A stretch of 64,000 nt of DNA, taken from assembly GCA_964564285.1 (NCBI GenBank), contig CAZMBZ010000001.1:2508-66507 (forward strand), read 5' to 3'. This stretch comes from an uncultured Planctomycetaceae bacterium (lineage in GTDB: Bacteria; Planctomycetota; Phycisphaerae; SM23-33). A program made the position numbers and the translations under genes. Each line of letters opens with the position of its first letter. The stretch's first letter is position 1. The notes under the pieces were generated by a model. It had not been told where the DNA came from. It saw nothing but the letters and a program-made list of their open reading frames with translations, and ran no database searches. Shown here one piece after another: positions 40,291 through 50,877 of this stretch.

Positions 40291-40551
40291 CCTGCCTTCG
40301 CCGAGGCTACGGTAGGCAGGGCCAGGTCACGTCGCTTATTGGGTGGACCAGGACCTTGCCCAGGACCTTCTCGGCTGGGTCCACCTCATCGGCCCGTAAG
40401 GCATCGGCGAATCCATTCATCTGCCGAAATGACGGTTTCCGGGCGGGAGAGGGAAGTCTTTGGCAGGGGGCGTGTTTTGTAAAGCCCACATATTGAATGG
40501 CTTAGACTATGGCACGTCTGTTGCAATGGATAGTCCTTGGGAGGTATTGAT

Positions 40552-43218
40552 ATGCGTTTGGACAAATGGACAGTGAAGGCCCAGGAGGCGTTGGCTACGG
40601 CTCAGGGCGAGGCGATGGAGACCGGCAATGCGGCCGTGACTCCGCTGCACCTGTTGGACTGCCTTTTGAAGCAGGAAGGCGGCCTGGCTGGGTCGCTGCT
40701 GGCGAAGGTTGGCATACCCGGTGATCGGATTGGCCCGATCGTCACATCCGAGCTCGGCAGGCTGCCGACGCAATCGCAGCAGGCGGGCATGGCGATGGAT
40801 CCGGCCCTCAATGGCGTCATCGTGCGTGCCGCCAAGGAGGCAGAGGAGCTCAAGGATGAGTACATATCCGTCGAGCACCTGCTGCTGGCCCTGGCTGACG
40901 CGCCGAGCAACGCCAAGGAGGTGCTCTCGACGCTGGGGGCGTCTCGCGACGACATCCTCAAGGCCATGAAGGACGTCCGGGGCAGCCAGCGCGTCACCGA
41001 CGCCTGCCCCGAAGACAAGTACCAGGCCCTCGAGCGCTACGGTTGCGACCTGTGCGAGATGGCCCGGGCGGGCAGCCTGGACCCCGTCATTGGGCGCGAC
41101 GATGAGATTCGTCGCTGCATGCAGGTGCTAAGCCGGCGGACCAAGAACAATCCCGTGCTGATCGGCCTGCCGGGCGTTGGCAAGACCGCCATCGTCGAGG
41201 GCCTCGCCCAGCGGATCGTCAACGGCGACGTGCCGACGGTTCTGTCCGGCAAGACGGTGATCGCTTTGGACATGGGTTCCCTGCTGGCTGGGGCGAAGTT
41301 CCGCGGCGAGTTCGAGGATCGTCTCAAGGCCGTGCTCAAGGAAGTTACCGGGTCCGATGGGCGGATCATTTTGTTCATCGACGAGTTGCACACGGTAGTC
41401 GGCGCCGGCGCGGCCGAGGGTGCCATCTCGGCCGGCAACCTTATCAAGCCCGCCCTGGCTCGCGGCGAGCTTCGCTGCATCGGCGCGACGACGCTCGATG
41501 AGTACCGCAAGCACGTCGAGAAGGATGCCGCGCTGGAGCGTCGGTTCCAGCCGGTGGTTGTGGACGAGCCGAGCGTTGAGGACACCATCGCAATCCTTCG
41601 CGGTTTGAAGCCGCGCTACGACGCCCACCACGGCGTGCGGATACAGGACTCTGCCCTGGTGGCGGCGGCGGTGATGAGCCATCGGTACATCTCCGAGCGG
41701 TTCCTGCCCGACAAGGCCATCGACCTGATAGACGAGGCAGCAAGCAGGCTGCGGATAGAGAACGACTCCATGCCGTCTGATCTGGATGAACTTCGGCGGC
41801 GGATCATGCAGTTGCAGATCGAGCGCGAGGCCCTTCGCAAGGAGTCCGACGAGGCGAGCAAGCACCGTCTGGAAGTCCTGGAGAAAGACCTTGCCGACAT
41901 GCAGGCGGACTACGATGCCCGGCACGCCCGATGGGACAGCGAGCACGCGGTTCTCCGGGACCTCAAGGCCGTCAAGGAGCGCATCGAGGCCAAGCAGACC
42001 GAACTGGACCAGGCCCAGCGAGCCGGCGATCTCGAGCGGGCGGCCCGCATTCAATACGGCGAGCTGCGCGAGCTGGAGGCCGAGGTAGCCCGCGGCGAGC
42101 AGGCCATGGCGGAGATGCAGGCCGGCGGGGGGATGATCAGCGAGGAGGTCACGCCCGAGCACATCGCCGAGGTCGTGGCGAAGTGGACGCACATCCCCGT
42201 GACGCGTTTGATGGAGTCCGAACGCGACAAGCTCCTTCGCATGGAGGATCAGCTTCGCAAGCGGGTGGTTGGGCAGGATGAGGCACTTCGGGCCGTGTCG
42301 GATGCAGTCCGTCGCAGCCGGGCCGGACTGAGCGACCCGCGAAGGCCCATCGGCAGCTTTCTGTTTCTGGGGCCTACCGGCGTCGGCAAGACCGAGCTGT
42401 GCAAGGCCCTGGCGGAGTTGCTGTTCGACTCCGAGGACGCCATGGTCCGCATCGACATGAGCGAGTTCATGGAGCAGCATTCGGTGGCCAGGCTCATCGG
42501 CTCGCCTCCCGGGTACGTCGGCTACGACGAGGGAGGCCGGCTTACCGAGGCCGTACGCCGAAAGCCGTATTGCGTGATTCTCTTCGACGAGATCGAGAAG
42601 GCCCACAAGGACGTTTTCAACGTGCTACTGCAAGTGCTCGATGACGGCAGGCTGACCGACGGGCACGGGCGGACGGTGGACTTCAAGAACACGCTTATCG
42701 CGTTGACGTCGAACATCGCGTCGCAGGTCATCCAGGACCTTTCGGAGCACAACGCGGAGGAATGGGAGATCGAGGCGAGGCTCAAGGACGCCCTCAAGCA
42801 GACGTTCCGCCCGGAGTTTCTCAATCGTATCGACGAGACGGTTGTGTTCCACACGCTGGCAGCCGAGCACCTCGCGGTTATCGCCGAGATACAGATCGCC
42901 GAATTGGCCAAGAGGTTGGCTGACAGGAATATCTCTCTGGAGGTCACCGGTGCAGCCAGTAAGCTCATCAGCGAGCTGGGCTACGATCCGGCGTTCGGCG
43001 CCCGTCCGATGAAGCGCGCGATTCAGCAGGAGCTGGAGAACCCGCTGGCGACGAAGATCCTCGCCGGCGAGGTCGAACCTGGCCAGCACGTCGTGGTGGA
43101 CGCCCAGGCCAAGGGCTTCATCTTCCGCATCGGCCAGCGGCCCGACGCGGCCGCGACCATCGTGGACGATTCCAATGGCCAGGCCGAGCAGGTCGAGGGC
43201 GAGGTGGTGGAGGAATAG
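40552..43218 (+). CDS. clpB: ATP-dependent chaperone ClpB
   Basis: Clp N domain; two AAA+ modules ([22 protein letters not shown]; [25 protein letters not shown]); long coiled-coil middle domain. GGGAGG lies before ATG 40552. Confidence 0.95.
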   Translation: MRLDKWTVKAQEALATAQGEAMETGNAAVTPLHLLDCLLKQEGGLAGSLLAKVGIPGDRIGPIVTSELGRLPTQSQQAGMAMDPALNGVIVRAAKEAEELKDEYISVEHLLLALADAPSNAKEVLSTLGASRDDILKAMKDVRGSQRVTDACPEDKYQALERYGCDLCEMARAGSLDPVIGRDDEIRRCMQVLSRRTKNNPVLIGLPGVGKTAIVEGLAQRIVNGDVPTVLSGKTVIALDMGSLLAGAKFRGEFEDRLKAVLKEVTGSDGRIILFIDELHTVVGAGAAEGAISAGNLIKPALARGELRCIGATTLDEYRKHVEKDAALERRFQPVVVDEPSVEDTIAILRGLKPRYDAHHGVRIQDSALVAAAVMSHRYISERFLPDKAIDLIDEAASRLRIENDSMPSDLDELRRRIMQLQIEREALRKESDEASKHRLEVLEKDLADMQADYDARHARWDSEHAVLRDLKAVKERIEAKQTELDQAQRAGDLERAARIQYGELRELEAEVARGEQAMAEMQAGGGMISEEVTPEHIAEVVAKWTHIPVTRLMESERDKLLRMEDQLRKRVVGQDEALRAVSDAVRRSRAGLSDPRRPIGSFLFLGPTGVGKTELCKALAELLFDSEDAMVRIDMSEFMEQHSVARLIGSPPGYVGYDEGGRLTEAVRRKPYCVILFDEIEKAHKDVFNVLLQVLDDGRLTDGHGRTVDFKNTLIALTSNIASQVIQDLSEHNAEEWEIEARLKDALKQTFRPEFLNRIDETVVFHTLAAEHLAVIAEIQIAELAKRLADRNISLEVTGAASKLISELGYDPAFGARPMKRAIQQELENPLATKILAGEVEPGQHVVVDAQAKGFIFRIGQRPDAAATIVDDSNGQAEQVEGEVVEE

Positions 43219-43376
43219 CAAAAACCCTAATATTCCCATAATTGTCTTGATTGTTGTAGGGGAAACACCCTATACTCTAAGTGGTCGCAGTGTTCAAAGG
43301 AGACTTTGAACACAGAGAGGGCAGACAACCTTAGTGATATCACGGTGTTAAGTGATTATGGTTTTTTGCCTGCCGC

Positions 43377-43805
43377 TTGAGTAATCGTGGAATTGTGAGA
43401 ATTACAAGAATCACGGATGCTCAGGGCTTAGCGATCGGTATCCAAACGGTTTTTCGAGTCCAACTTGAAGGCGCAATAATGGAATACCAGTGCGAAAGGA
43501 CGGAGAGATTCGCCGGCTGCGGCAAGATGGGGAACGCGGCTTGGGATATCGTCTTGCAGGCCAGCCCCGTGGACATTCTTAAGTCCAAGCCCATACTGGA
43601 TTTGCTGGAGCTTTCGGACATTCCCTCTAATCATCTTCTCGTTAAGGGCGTGGTTTTGCGTGGTAAGGGTCATGTGCCGTTGATCGACACTCGCATGCCG
43701 CTTTCAGTTGGTCCGGATGGCGGGAAGGGCATCGCCCACGCGTTGATCGTTGACGTCGAGGGCGTGGAGGTCGGGTTGATCGTCGGGGAGTTAATGGTCG
43801 CGTAG
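43377..43805 (+). CDS. hypothetical protein whose C-terminal half resembles a truncated CheW-like domain
   Basis: LLVKGVVLRGKGHVPLIDTRMPLS......HALIVDVEGVEVGLIVGEL follows the CheW core pattern (v.GvinlRG.vvPviDlr...ivv...g...GllVd.v), but the ORF stops right after it. TTG start; first ATG at 43479. AT-richer islet. Confidence 0.35.
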   Translation: MSNRGIVRITRITDAQGLAIGIQTVFRVQLEGAIMEYQCERTERFAGCGKMGNAAWDIVLQASPVDILKSKPILDLLELSDIPSNHLLVKGVVLRGKGHVPLIDTRMPLSVGPDGGKGIAHALIVDVEGVEVGLIVGELMVA

Positions 43806-43875
43806 TTTTCCAGATTATCCCAGGTGCCTAGGCGTTTTGACAGGCGCATGGTTCGTAAGGTTGATAAGAACGAAG

Positions 43876-43906
43876 AAAGGGACGCCTCTCAATGAGGCGT
43901 CCCTTT
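43876..43906. terminator. bidirectional intrinsic terminator between convergent genes
   Basis: aaaGGGACGCCTC-tcaat-GAGGCGTCCCttt. Confidence 0.65.
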
Positions 43907-43936
43907 CATTGCTACCTGTCGTACTTCTGGGGGCGA

Positions 43937-45523
43937 TTATTCGCCGCCGTAGATGTGAGTGGATTCCGTTTCCATTGACGGAGTGTCCATCTGGTCGCTC
44001 TTGAGGCTGACCGCGAACCGGACGTCGCCGGCCTTGAGGCACTTGACCGTCACCTTGTAGACGGCCCGAGCCTTCGGAGCCAGCCTGGCCAGCGGTGCGA
44101 ATGTGACGCTCTTGCCCTTTATCGTTTCCTTAGTCGGGCTGTCTGCGCTGACGAACTGCTGCTCGCCGGGCAGCGTGCAGTCGACGACGATGTTGGTCCC
44201 GACGGCAGAGCCCTGGTTGGTCACAGTGATCTGGTAGGTCTCGGTCGAGCCGATTTCGATCGGGTCGTCGAGGTCTATGCATTCCAGCAGGATCGCCGGG
44301 ATGCCCTTGACTTCCGTGGCCGCGCTGGCGGAAGCGCTTGCGCAGTATGCTGCCGCGCTGGCGACGTTTCGGACGGCGCCGGTCTCATTGAACTTGAGGG
44401 TCAGGGAGGCCTTCTTGGACTGGCCTGGCTTGATCGTGCCAAGCGCCCAAACGACGCTGTTGCCGGTGACCTTGGCGCCCTCGGCGGAAACCAGTGTGGT
44501 GGTGGCTGGAATCGTGTCGGTCAGAACGGTGTTCCTGGCATCGGCATCGCCGTTGTTTGTCACGACGATATTATACGTGCCGGGCCTGCCGATGTATCGC
44601 AAAGCCGGGCCTGTCTTGACGACCTTGAGTTCCGGGTTGAGCACGGACGTGGTCACCGGAGCCGACGTGGCCGCCAGGCCGTGGTCGGCGCTTGCGGTGG
44701 CCGTGTTGGTGAACTTGCCCTTCTTGGCGGCCTTGGCCTGGAAGGAGAACTCTCGGGCTTGGCCTGGATTCAGGTTGCCTGCGTTGAACGTGACGAGCTT
44801 CTTACCGGCGACAGTAGTCAGCCCCTCAGGCAGCGAGTCCTTGACCATAACGTTGCAGGCCGCCCCTGAGCCGTTGTTCTTGACGACGATCTTGTAGGTG
44901 AGCACGTCACAAAGAATCGCCTCTGCGGGTCCGGTCTTGACGACTACGATCGAAGGCTGAACAGCCATGGTGCTCAGGCAGACCTCAGGCATGTCGAAAA
45001 CCACAGACGCGCAGCCCACGACCTGGCCAGGCTTCTGGGCCTTGCCGCGAACGGTGAACATCCTCGACTCGCCTGCCTTGAGCGTACCGATAACCCATTC
45101 GAGTGTGCCGCCTGTTATCGTGCTCTTGGGATTTGTGCCGACCAGTTCCAGATTGGTTACGAGCTTCTCGCGGAGCTTGACGCCCTTGAGGTCGACCTTG
45201 GTTACATTGATAAGCTTGATGACGTAATCGAAGTCGGCGCCGGCGAAGACCTGCTTTGGGGCGGACCTTTCTATGCGGACAACGCCGCACGCCTTATCCC
45301 CGGCCGGCAGGGTCATGTGCGCCATTGCCGTTCCCACGGGTCCGCAAGGGGACGCCGTGGGCATCGGTTTTGGCGGTGCCTTTGGCGGTGCCTTTGGCCG
45401 TGCCTTTGGCGGCGGTGCGACAGCGGGTTCGGGGGTGGCCGGGTTCGGCTCGAAGCAGCAGCCTGTCAGGCCCGCGGCGCATACCGCTACAAGTGCTAAA
45501 GCCCAAAGTCTTCTTTTGTCCAT
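43937..45523 (-). CDS. DUF11-repeat (conserved repeat domain) surface lipoprotein
   Basis: Lipobox AAGLTGC. Pro/Lys/Ala linker. Four to five repeats of the type VVKTGPAEAILCDVLTYKIVVKNNGSGAACNVMVKDSLPEGL. Confidence 0.8.
   Translation of the reverse strand: MDKRRLWALALVAVCAAGLTGCCFEPNPATPEPAVAPPPKARPKAPPKAPPKPMPTASPCGPVGTAMAHMTLPAGDKACGVVRIERSAPKQVFAGADFDYVIKLINVTKVDLKGVKLREKLVTNLELVGTNPKSTITGGTLEWVIGTLKAGESRMFTVRGKAQKPGQVVGCASVVFDMPEVCLSTMAVQPSIVVVKTGPAEAILCDVLTYKIVVKNNGSGAACNVMVKDSLPEGLTTVAGKKLVTFNAGNLNPGQAREFSFQAKAAKKGKFTNTATASADHGLAATSAPVTTSVLNPELKVVKTGPALRYIGRPGTYNIVVTNNGDADARNTVLTDTIPATTTLVSAEGAKVTGNSVVWALGTIKPGQSKKASLTLKFNETGAVRNVASAAAYCASASASAATEVKGIPAILLECIDLDDPIEIGSTETYQITVTNQGSAVGTNIVVDCTLPGEQQFVSADSPTKETIKGKSVTFAPLARLAPKARAVYKVTVKCLKAGDVRFAVSLKSDQMDTPSMETESTHIYGGE
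45375..45410. repeat. 3 x 12-bp tandem repeat inside the DUF11 gene linker
   Basis: ggtgcctttggc, ggtgcctttggc, cgtgcctttggc, encoding PKAPPKAPPKAR on the minus strand. Confidence 0.8.
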
Positions 45524-46161
45524 GATCTGTCCTTTCGTGGTTCAAGTCCCTTGAACATCCATCTACTCTTTTTGCCGTGGCATCCCTGCGGGGCACCCGA
45601 TATGTCGCCGCAGTCTATGCCGTGTCGATAATCAATTCTCACCGCCGAGTCATGCAGATGTGTTACCCTAGAACGGAAGATACATAGTAATGCGATCGGT
45701 TCTGAATCTCAAGCCAATTCTCTTCACTATTGCGGCTCGGCTCAGTCCTCGACCTGTAATAAATCCTAAACCGCGCAAAAGTATAGGACCGCAAATCCGG
45801 GGTTTGCGGCAAGTAATGAGGATTTTTATACATTTGTCGATTACCACCTTGGCGGGGAGGCAAAGATCAGTGGAGTGCTCCAAAAGGCAAAAAGGCGGCG
45901 ATGGGTCGGCGAGGCGGGGACTGGATGTTCGCGATCGGGGCGTGAATCGCGGCACTGGCGAGGCGGCGGGGAAGGGGGCGGTTGGCTTGGGCTTGCAGCC
46001 CGTTTAGAAAACTGCCCTTGCTGCGAGTGGCCCGAATGTCTGCGCGTCTGCGTCAGTATAAAAAGTACTCGACCCCGATGTTCTTCGGGACCTGCGTTTT
46101 CTTCCTTGATGCTCGACATTCTTGCTCGCTCTCGCTGGCGGACCCATTTCCAAACGGGCTG

Positions 46162-46956
46162 CTAACCGGTTATTCGCTGGAAATGCGTGTAGACGTTGAA
46201 GCGTTCGGCGCGGGCGAAGCCCACGAGAGTCAGGCCGAACTTTCGGGCAAGGTCGATCGCCAGGGCCGTGACGGCACCTCTGCCGACGACGATTGGAACA
46301 CGGGCGGCGACGGCTTTGGAGACCATCTCAGCTGAGAGCCTGCCCGTGGTGAGCATGAGCTTGTCGGATGTGTCGAGTTCGTCGAGCACGGCCCGGCCCA
46401 CAACCTTATCGAACGCGTTGTGTCGGCCTATGTCCTCGGCGATTATGGCCAACTCGGCGGCGCTAGCCAGGGCGCACGCGTGTACTCCGCCTGTGTTTTT
46501 CCACAGATCCATCGTTCCCTGAAACTTGCGAACCAGGGCGACGATGTCTTCGGCGTCGACGGTCAGCCCCAGAGTCAAAGGCTGGTATGCCTGCGGGTTC
46601 AACTGCGCCGACGTGCCGCCGCCGCCGCAGCCGGTGCCCCACGTCCATCGTCGTCGGATGGCGTCGAGTGCATCGGGGTCGAATCGTCCGCGGACCAGGA
46701 TGGATCGGCCTGACGGGTCGATATCGACGGAGTCCAGTTCGTCACGGCTTGCGAGCGCGCCCTCGCCGCGAAGGAATCCTACGGCCAGTTCCGGCAACTG
46801 TTTTGGCAGGCAGAGCATGGCCAGGCGAAGTTCGTTGTCGTTGACGACAAGTTCGATGCGAGCTTCGGCTATGACGGCGTCTTCGCAGGCGATGAAGTGC
46901 CCTTTGGCGTACTTGCGGATCGCGCAGATGATTGTCGGTTTGCTTGGTTCGGTCAT
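46162..46956 (-). CDS. fdhD: formate dehydrogenase accessory sulfurtransferase FdhD
   Basis: GGVHACALA, IGRHNAFDKVVGRAVLD, LMLTTGRLSAEMVSKA, GLTLVGFAR..RFNVY family motifs. Confidence 0.88.
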   Translation of the reverse strand: MTEPSKPTIICAIRKYAKGHFIACEDAVIAEARIELVVNDNELRLAMLCLPKQLPELAVGFLRGEGALASRDELDSVDIDPSGRSILVRGRFDPDALDAIRRRWTWGTGCGGGGTSAQLNPQAYQPLTLGLTVDAEDIVALVRKFQGTMDLWKNTGGVHACALASAAELAIIAEDIGRHNAFDKVVGRAVLDELDTSDKLMLTTGRLSAEMVSKAVAARVPIVVGRGAVTALAIDLARKFGLTLVGFARAERFNVYTHFQRITG

Positions 46957-46966
46957 GGCTGAGTGC

Positions 46967-47146
46967 CTATTTGAAGCAGCCCAACTGGCATCGGCAGATG
47001 TGAATGTCCAGTTTCATGCATGCCTCACCCACGAGGGCGGGCTCGACGCCGAGGCGGTCTGCGACTTCGAAAAGTGCCTTGCATGCGGCCTTGCCATCGC
47101 GAGCGACATCGAGGACGGCTTGGCGGATCTCTTTTTGATCGGTCAT
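46967..47146 (-). CDS. small Cys-motif protein, 59 aa, translationally adjacent to fdhD (below the track cutoff)
   Basis: Encodes MTDQKEIRQAVLDVARDGKAACKALFEVADRLGVEPALVGEACMKLDIHICRCQLGCFK. Its stop lies 10 nt before the fdhD ATG. HTH-like N-terminus and C-terminal C-x-C-x2-G-C motif. Confidence 0.5.
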   Translation of the reverse strand: MTDQKEIRQAVLDVARDGKAACKALFEVADRLGVEPALVGEACMKLDIHICRCQLGCFK

Positions 47147-47451
47147 GGCAGTGCCTTTCGAGAAGGTGGTTACCCAAGACGATACGCCCGCGATCGGCGT
47201 CGATCAAGGTAAGGTTTTCCGGTTGTCGCCGGGTTCGGGTTCGCTTTATTATGCTCGGGCCGCGGTGGTGGGGGGTAAGAACCGACACAAGTTACACCAG
47301 AAAACGATTTTGTCTGGCTTGCATGATATTGTCGGTGTGTTTAGACTAGAAAAGTAGTTGGCATCGACGGCCCGCTGGGCGATTTCGCTCGGCCAAGGGG
47401 TGCGTGGCTGCGTGAAAAATACGTGTAGTAGGTGAACAAAGGAGTTTCCTG

Positions 47452-49191
47452 ATGGCCCCATCCGTCCCCTCTGACATTGACATATCCCGTGCGTCAACTC
47501 CCAGGCCGATTACCGAGGTCTCAGAGGCGGCGGGTATCGACCAGGAATTCATCGAGCCGTACGGCAGCGTCAAGGCGAAGGTTAAGCTCGGCATTCTCGA
47601 CGCACTGGCCGACAGGCCAAACGGCAAGTACATCGACGTGACGGCCATTACTCCGACGCCGCTGGGCGAGGGCAAAACCACGACCAGCGTCGGCCTGACG
47701 CAGGCGCTGGGTTTGATCGGCAAGAAGGTCTTCATGTGCATTCGCCAGCCATCGATGGGTCCGACTTTCGGCATCAAGGGTGGGGCAGCCGGTGGCGGCT
47801 ACAGCCAGGTCATCCCGATGGAGGAGTTCAACCTTCATCTGACCGGGGACATCCACGCGGTGAGCATCGCCAATAATCTTCTCGCGGCCGCGATTGACGC
47901 TCGGGTGCGTCACGAGGCCCGTCCCGGCTGGGAGTCCAGGGGTCTGCCGACGCTGGATATTGATCCGGAGACCATTACGTGGAGGCGCGTCGTGGATGTC
48001 AACGACGCGACGCTACGTTTCATCGAGACCGGCCTGAGCGACAACTGGATGGACGGCCCGCAGCGCAAGACGGGCTTCGATATATCCGTGGCGTCTGAGG
48101 TGATGGCCATTCTCGCGCTTGCGACCGATGTCAAGGACATGCGAGCGCGCCTCGGGCGGATAATAGTTGCCATGAACCGCAAGGGCGACCCCGTCACGGC
48201 TGAGCAGATCGGCTGCGCGGGTGCGATGATGGTTCTGATGAAGGATGCGGTGAAGCCTAACTTGATGCAGACCATCGAGGGCCAGCCGTCGTTCGTGCAT
48301 GCCGGCCCGTTCGCGAACATCGCCCAGGGCAACAGTTCGATCATCGCCGACCGGATCGCGCTGAAGCTGGCCGATTACGTTGTCACCGAGAGCGGCTTCG
48401 GTGCGGACATCGGCATGGAGAAGTTTTTCGACATCAAGTGTCGCATCAGCGGGCTGCAGCCCGACTGCGTTGTGGTCGTCAGCACGATTCGCGCGTTGAA
48501 AATGCACGGTGGCGGGCCGAAGGTCACCCCGGGTAAGCCTTTGCAGGCGGAATACGTCCAGGAGAACCTGGAGTTGCTGGAAAAGGGCGTCTGCAACATG
48601 GTTCGTTGCATAGAGATCGCCCGCATGTACGGCGTGCCGGTGGTGGTGGCGATAAACCAGTTCCCGACCGATACGCCGGCGGAGTTGGAGCTTGCTCGCA
48701 AGGCGGCTGAGGAGGCGGGTGCCGAGGCCGCCGTCGTTTCGAATCACTGGGCCGAAGGTGGCAAGGGGGCGACAGCCTTGGCTGAGGCGGTTGTCGCGGC
48801 CTGCGAAAAGCCGTCGGACTTCAAGATGCTCTATCCCGACGATATGTCCATCAAGGACAAGATCGAGACCATCTGCAAGAAGGTCTACCTGGCCGGGGCA
48901 GTCGAGTATTCCCCGGAGGCCGACAAGCAGATCGCTTCGTACGAAAAGGCCGGGCTCAGCCATTTGCCGATCTGCATGGCAAAGACGCACCTGTCGCTTA
49001 GCCACGATCCTACGCTCAAGGGCGTGCCGAGCGGATTTACGGTTCCCGTACGCGAGGTCCGTGCCTCGGCCGGGGCGGGCTTCCTCTGCCCGCTGCTGGG
49101 CACGATGCGCACCATGCCCGGTCTGCCGAGCCGACCGTCTTTCCTGGATATCGACCTCGACGAGAACGGCCAGGTCGTCGGAATGTTCTGA
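47452..49191 (+). CDS. fhs: formate--tetrahydrofolate ligase
   Basis: [16 protein letters not shown]-loop; full-length FTHFS similarity ([47 protein letters not shown]). Confidence 0.95.
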   Translation: MAPSVPSDIDISRASTPRPITEVSEAAGIDQEFIEPYGSVKAKVKLGILDALADRPNGKYIDVTAITPTPLGEGKTTTSVGLTQALGLIGKKVFMCIRQPSMGPTFGIKGGAAGGGYSQVIPMEEFNLHLTGDIHAVSIANNLLAAAIDARVRHEARPGWESRGLPTLDIDPETITWRRVVDVNDATLRFIETGLSDNWMDGPQRKTGFDISVASEVMAILALATDVKDMRARLGRIIVAMNRKGDPVTAEQIGCAGAMMVLMKDAVKPNLMQTIEGQPSFVHAGPFANIAQGNSSIIADRIALKLADYVVTESGFGADIGMEKFFDIKCRISGLQPDCVVVVSTIRALKMHGGGPKVTPGKPLQAEYVQENLELLEKGVCNMVRCIEIARMYGVPVVVAINQFPTDTPAELELARKAAEEAGAEAAVVSNHWAEGGKGATALAEAVVAACEKPSDFKMLYPDDMSIKDKIETICKKVYLAGAVEYSPEADKQIASYEKAGLSHLPICMAKTHLSLSHDPTLKGVPSGFTVPVREVRASAGAGFLCPLLGTMRTMPGLPSRPSFLDIDLDENGQVVGMF

Positions 49192-49253
49192 CCGGCGGAA
49201 AACAAGACTCACGCTCAGGAAGCGGAGGTCGCCGAGAGCGAAGGACCTGCAAT

Positions 49254-50783
49254 ATGCCTATGGGCACTGAGTTTACTCGACGAGGGCTTCTAAGGGCGGG
49301 TATCGGTGCTTTTGCCGGCGTGGCAGCGGCGGGGGCTGGGCCTTTCAGACTGTCGGCCGCGATAGCGGCGGCAGCGAGAACCGGCGGCGCTCGCGGACCC
49401 AATATCGTGCTGATTTTGGCTGACGATCTCGGCTGGTGCGAGCTCGGCAGCTACGGTCAGAAGAAGATCAAGACACCGAACCTCGATCGACTGGCCCGGC
49501 AGGGCATGCGTTTGACGCGCCACTACAGCGGCTCGCCGGTCTGCGCGCCTTCACGCTGCGTGCTGATGACGGGCAAACACCCCGGGCACGCCTTCATTCG
49601 CAATAACAAGGAGGTCAAGCCCGAAGGCCAATACCCCATCCCCGACGGTGAGACTACGATTGCAGAACTGCTCAAGCGGCGCGGCTACACCTGCGGCGCG
49701 TTCGGCAAGTGGGGGCTCGGGCCGGTCGGCTCGACGGGCGACCCGCTCAAGCAGGGCTTCGATCGGTTCTTCGGGTACAACTGCCAGCGTCACGCCCATA
49801 GTTACTATCCGGCTTACCTGTGGGACAACGACAAGCGCATCGAACTGGACAACAAGCCGCCCGCGCCAGGCCATGGGCAACTGCCCGCATCCGCTGACTT
49901 GAGCGACCCGGCCGCGTACCAGAAATACAAGGGCAATGATTACGCACCGAAGCGCATCGCCGATGAGGTGCTGGCCTTCATCAGCGAGAACCGCGAGCGG
50001 CCCTTTTTCGCTTACTATCCGACGATCATCCCGCACCTGGCCCTTCACGTCCCCGATGATGAACTCAAACCGTACATGGGCCAATGGGAGGACAAGCCCT
50101 TCGACGGGCGCGGCGGCTACACCCCGCACGCAACGCCGCGCGCCGCCTATGCAGCCATGATCAGCTACCTGGACAAGCAGGTTGGCCGCATACTCGCACT
50201 GCTGGACAAACTGCACCTCGCGGATAACACCATCGTGGCGTTCTCATCCGACAACGGCGCCACTTACCTGCGCGACGTGGATTACCGGTTCTTCCAGAGT
50301 GTCGGGCCGTTGCGCGGTTTGAAGGGCTCGATCTACGAAGGCGGCTTGCGCGTGCCGGCGATCGTCCGCTGGCCCGGGCGAATCAAGCCCGGCTCGATCA
50401 GTGATCGAATCACCGGCTTCGAAGACTGGATGCCCACGCTGCTTGACCTGATCGGCAAGTCGGGTCACGTTCCCGACTGCGCCGACGGACTGAGCTTCGC
50501 GCCCACGCTGCTCGGTGAATCGCAGAAGCCCCGGCCATTCCTATACCGCGAGTTCTCCGGTTACGGAGGGCAGCAGGCCGTGTGGTTGGGGCCTTACAAG
50601 GCCGTCCGGCAGAAGCTGGGAAAAGGCCGGATCGACACCGAACTCTACAACCTAAGCGACGACATCAGCGAATCGAAGAACGTCGCCGCCGATCATCCCG
50701 AGATCGTCAAGAAGACCGAGCGGATCATGGCCGCGCAACACGAGTCGTCAAAGCTTTTTCCGATCAAGGTTCTGGATCGCTGA
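49254..50783 (+). CDS. arylsulfatase (formylglycine-dependent sulfatase family), Tat-signal, copy 1
   Basis: Twin-arginine signal TRRGLLRAGIGAFAGVAAAGA. ILADDLGW and the CAPSRCVLMTGKHPGH (C-x-P-x-R) formylglycine motif. Confidence 0.9.
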   Translation: MPMGTEFTRRGLLRAGIGAFAGVAAAGAGPFRLSAAIAAAARTGGARGPNIVLILADDLGWCELGSYGQKKIKTPNLDRLARQGMRLTRHYSGSPVCAPSRCVLMTGKHPGHAFIRNNKEVKPEGQYPIPDGETTIAELLKRRGYTCGAFGKWGLGPVGSTGDPLKQGFDRFFGYNCQRHAHSYYPAYLWDNDKRIELDNKPPAPGHGQLPASADLSDPAAYQKYKGNDYAPKRIADEVLAFISENRERPFFAYYPTIIPHLALHVPDDELKPYMGQWEDKPFDGRGGYTPHATPRAAYAAMISYLDKQVGRILALLDKLHLADNTIVAFSSDNGATYLRDVDYRFFQSVGPLRGLKGSIYEGGLRVPAIVRWPGRIKPGSISDRITGFEDWMPTLLDLIGKSGHVPDCADGLSFAPTLLGESQKPRPFLYREFSGYGGQQAVWLGPYKAVRQKLGKGRIDTELYNLSDDISESKNVAADHPEIVKKTERIMAAQHESSKLFPIKVLDR

Positions 50784-50877
50784 ATTGCTACTTGCCGATC
50801 ACGTGATCGGTTTTGGAATCGGTAGAAAGGCCCACAGTGGTCATCGACTGGAGGCTATCCGGGAAACCCCGATTAGT

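Larger units (their letters stand above)
39815..40420 (-). pseudogene. decayed ParB-like N-terminal-domain gene (frameshifted, internally repeated)
   Basis: Three minus-strand frames carry pieces: MNGFADALRADEVD..(stop); ..YAKARDAGLTDIPS..(stop); ..KLTHQQQVAIQLSHNAIAGQDDLAILREPLYDEINDVALKEYSGLDD..(frame change)..ADYDRFLDALTAVKAQAGIKN. The AGL..IP and L..N...G pattern resembles ParB/Srx-fold proteins. Confidence 0.45.

Noticed and set aside
45535-45560. GGTTCAAGTCC, identical to the T-loop region of the tRNA-Val, considered as a tRNA fragment or att site upstream of the DUF11 gene.
   Set aside because: The surrounding sequence forms only a simple GTTCAA/TTGAAC hairpin. No acceptor or anticodon arms can be drawn, and it overlaps the ribosome-binding region of the DUF11 gene.
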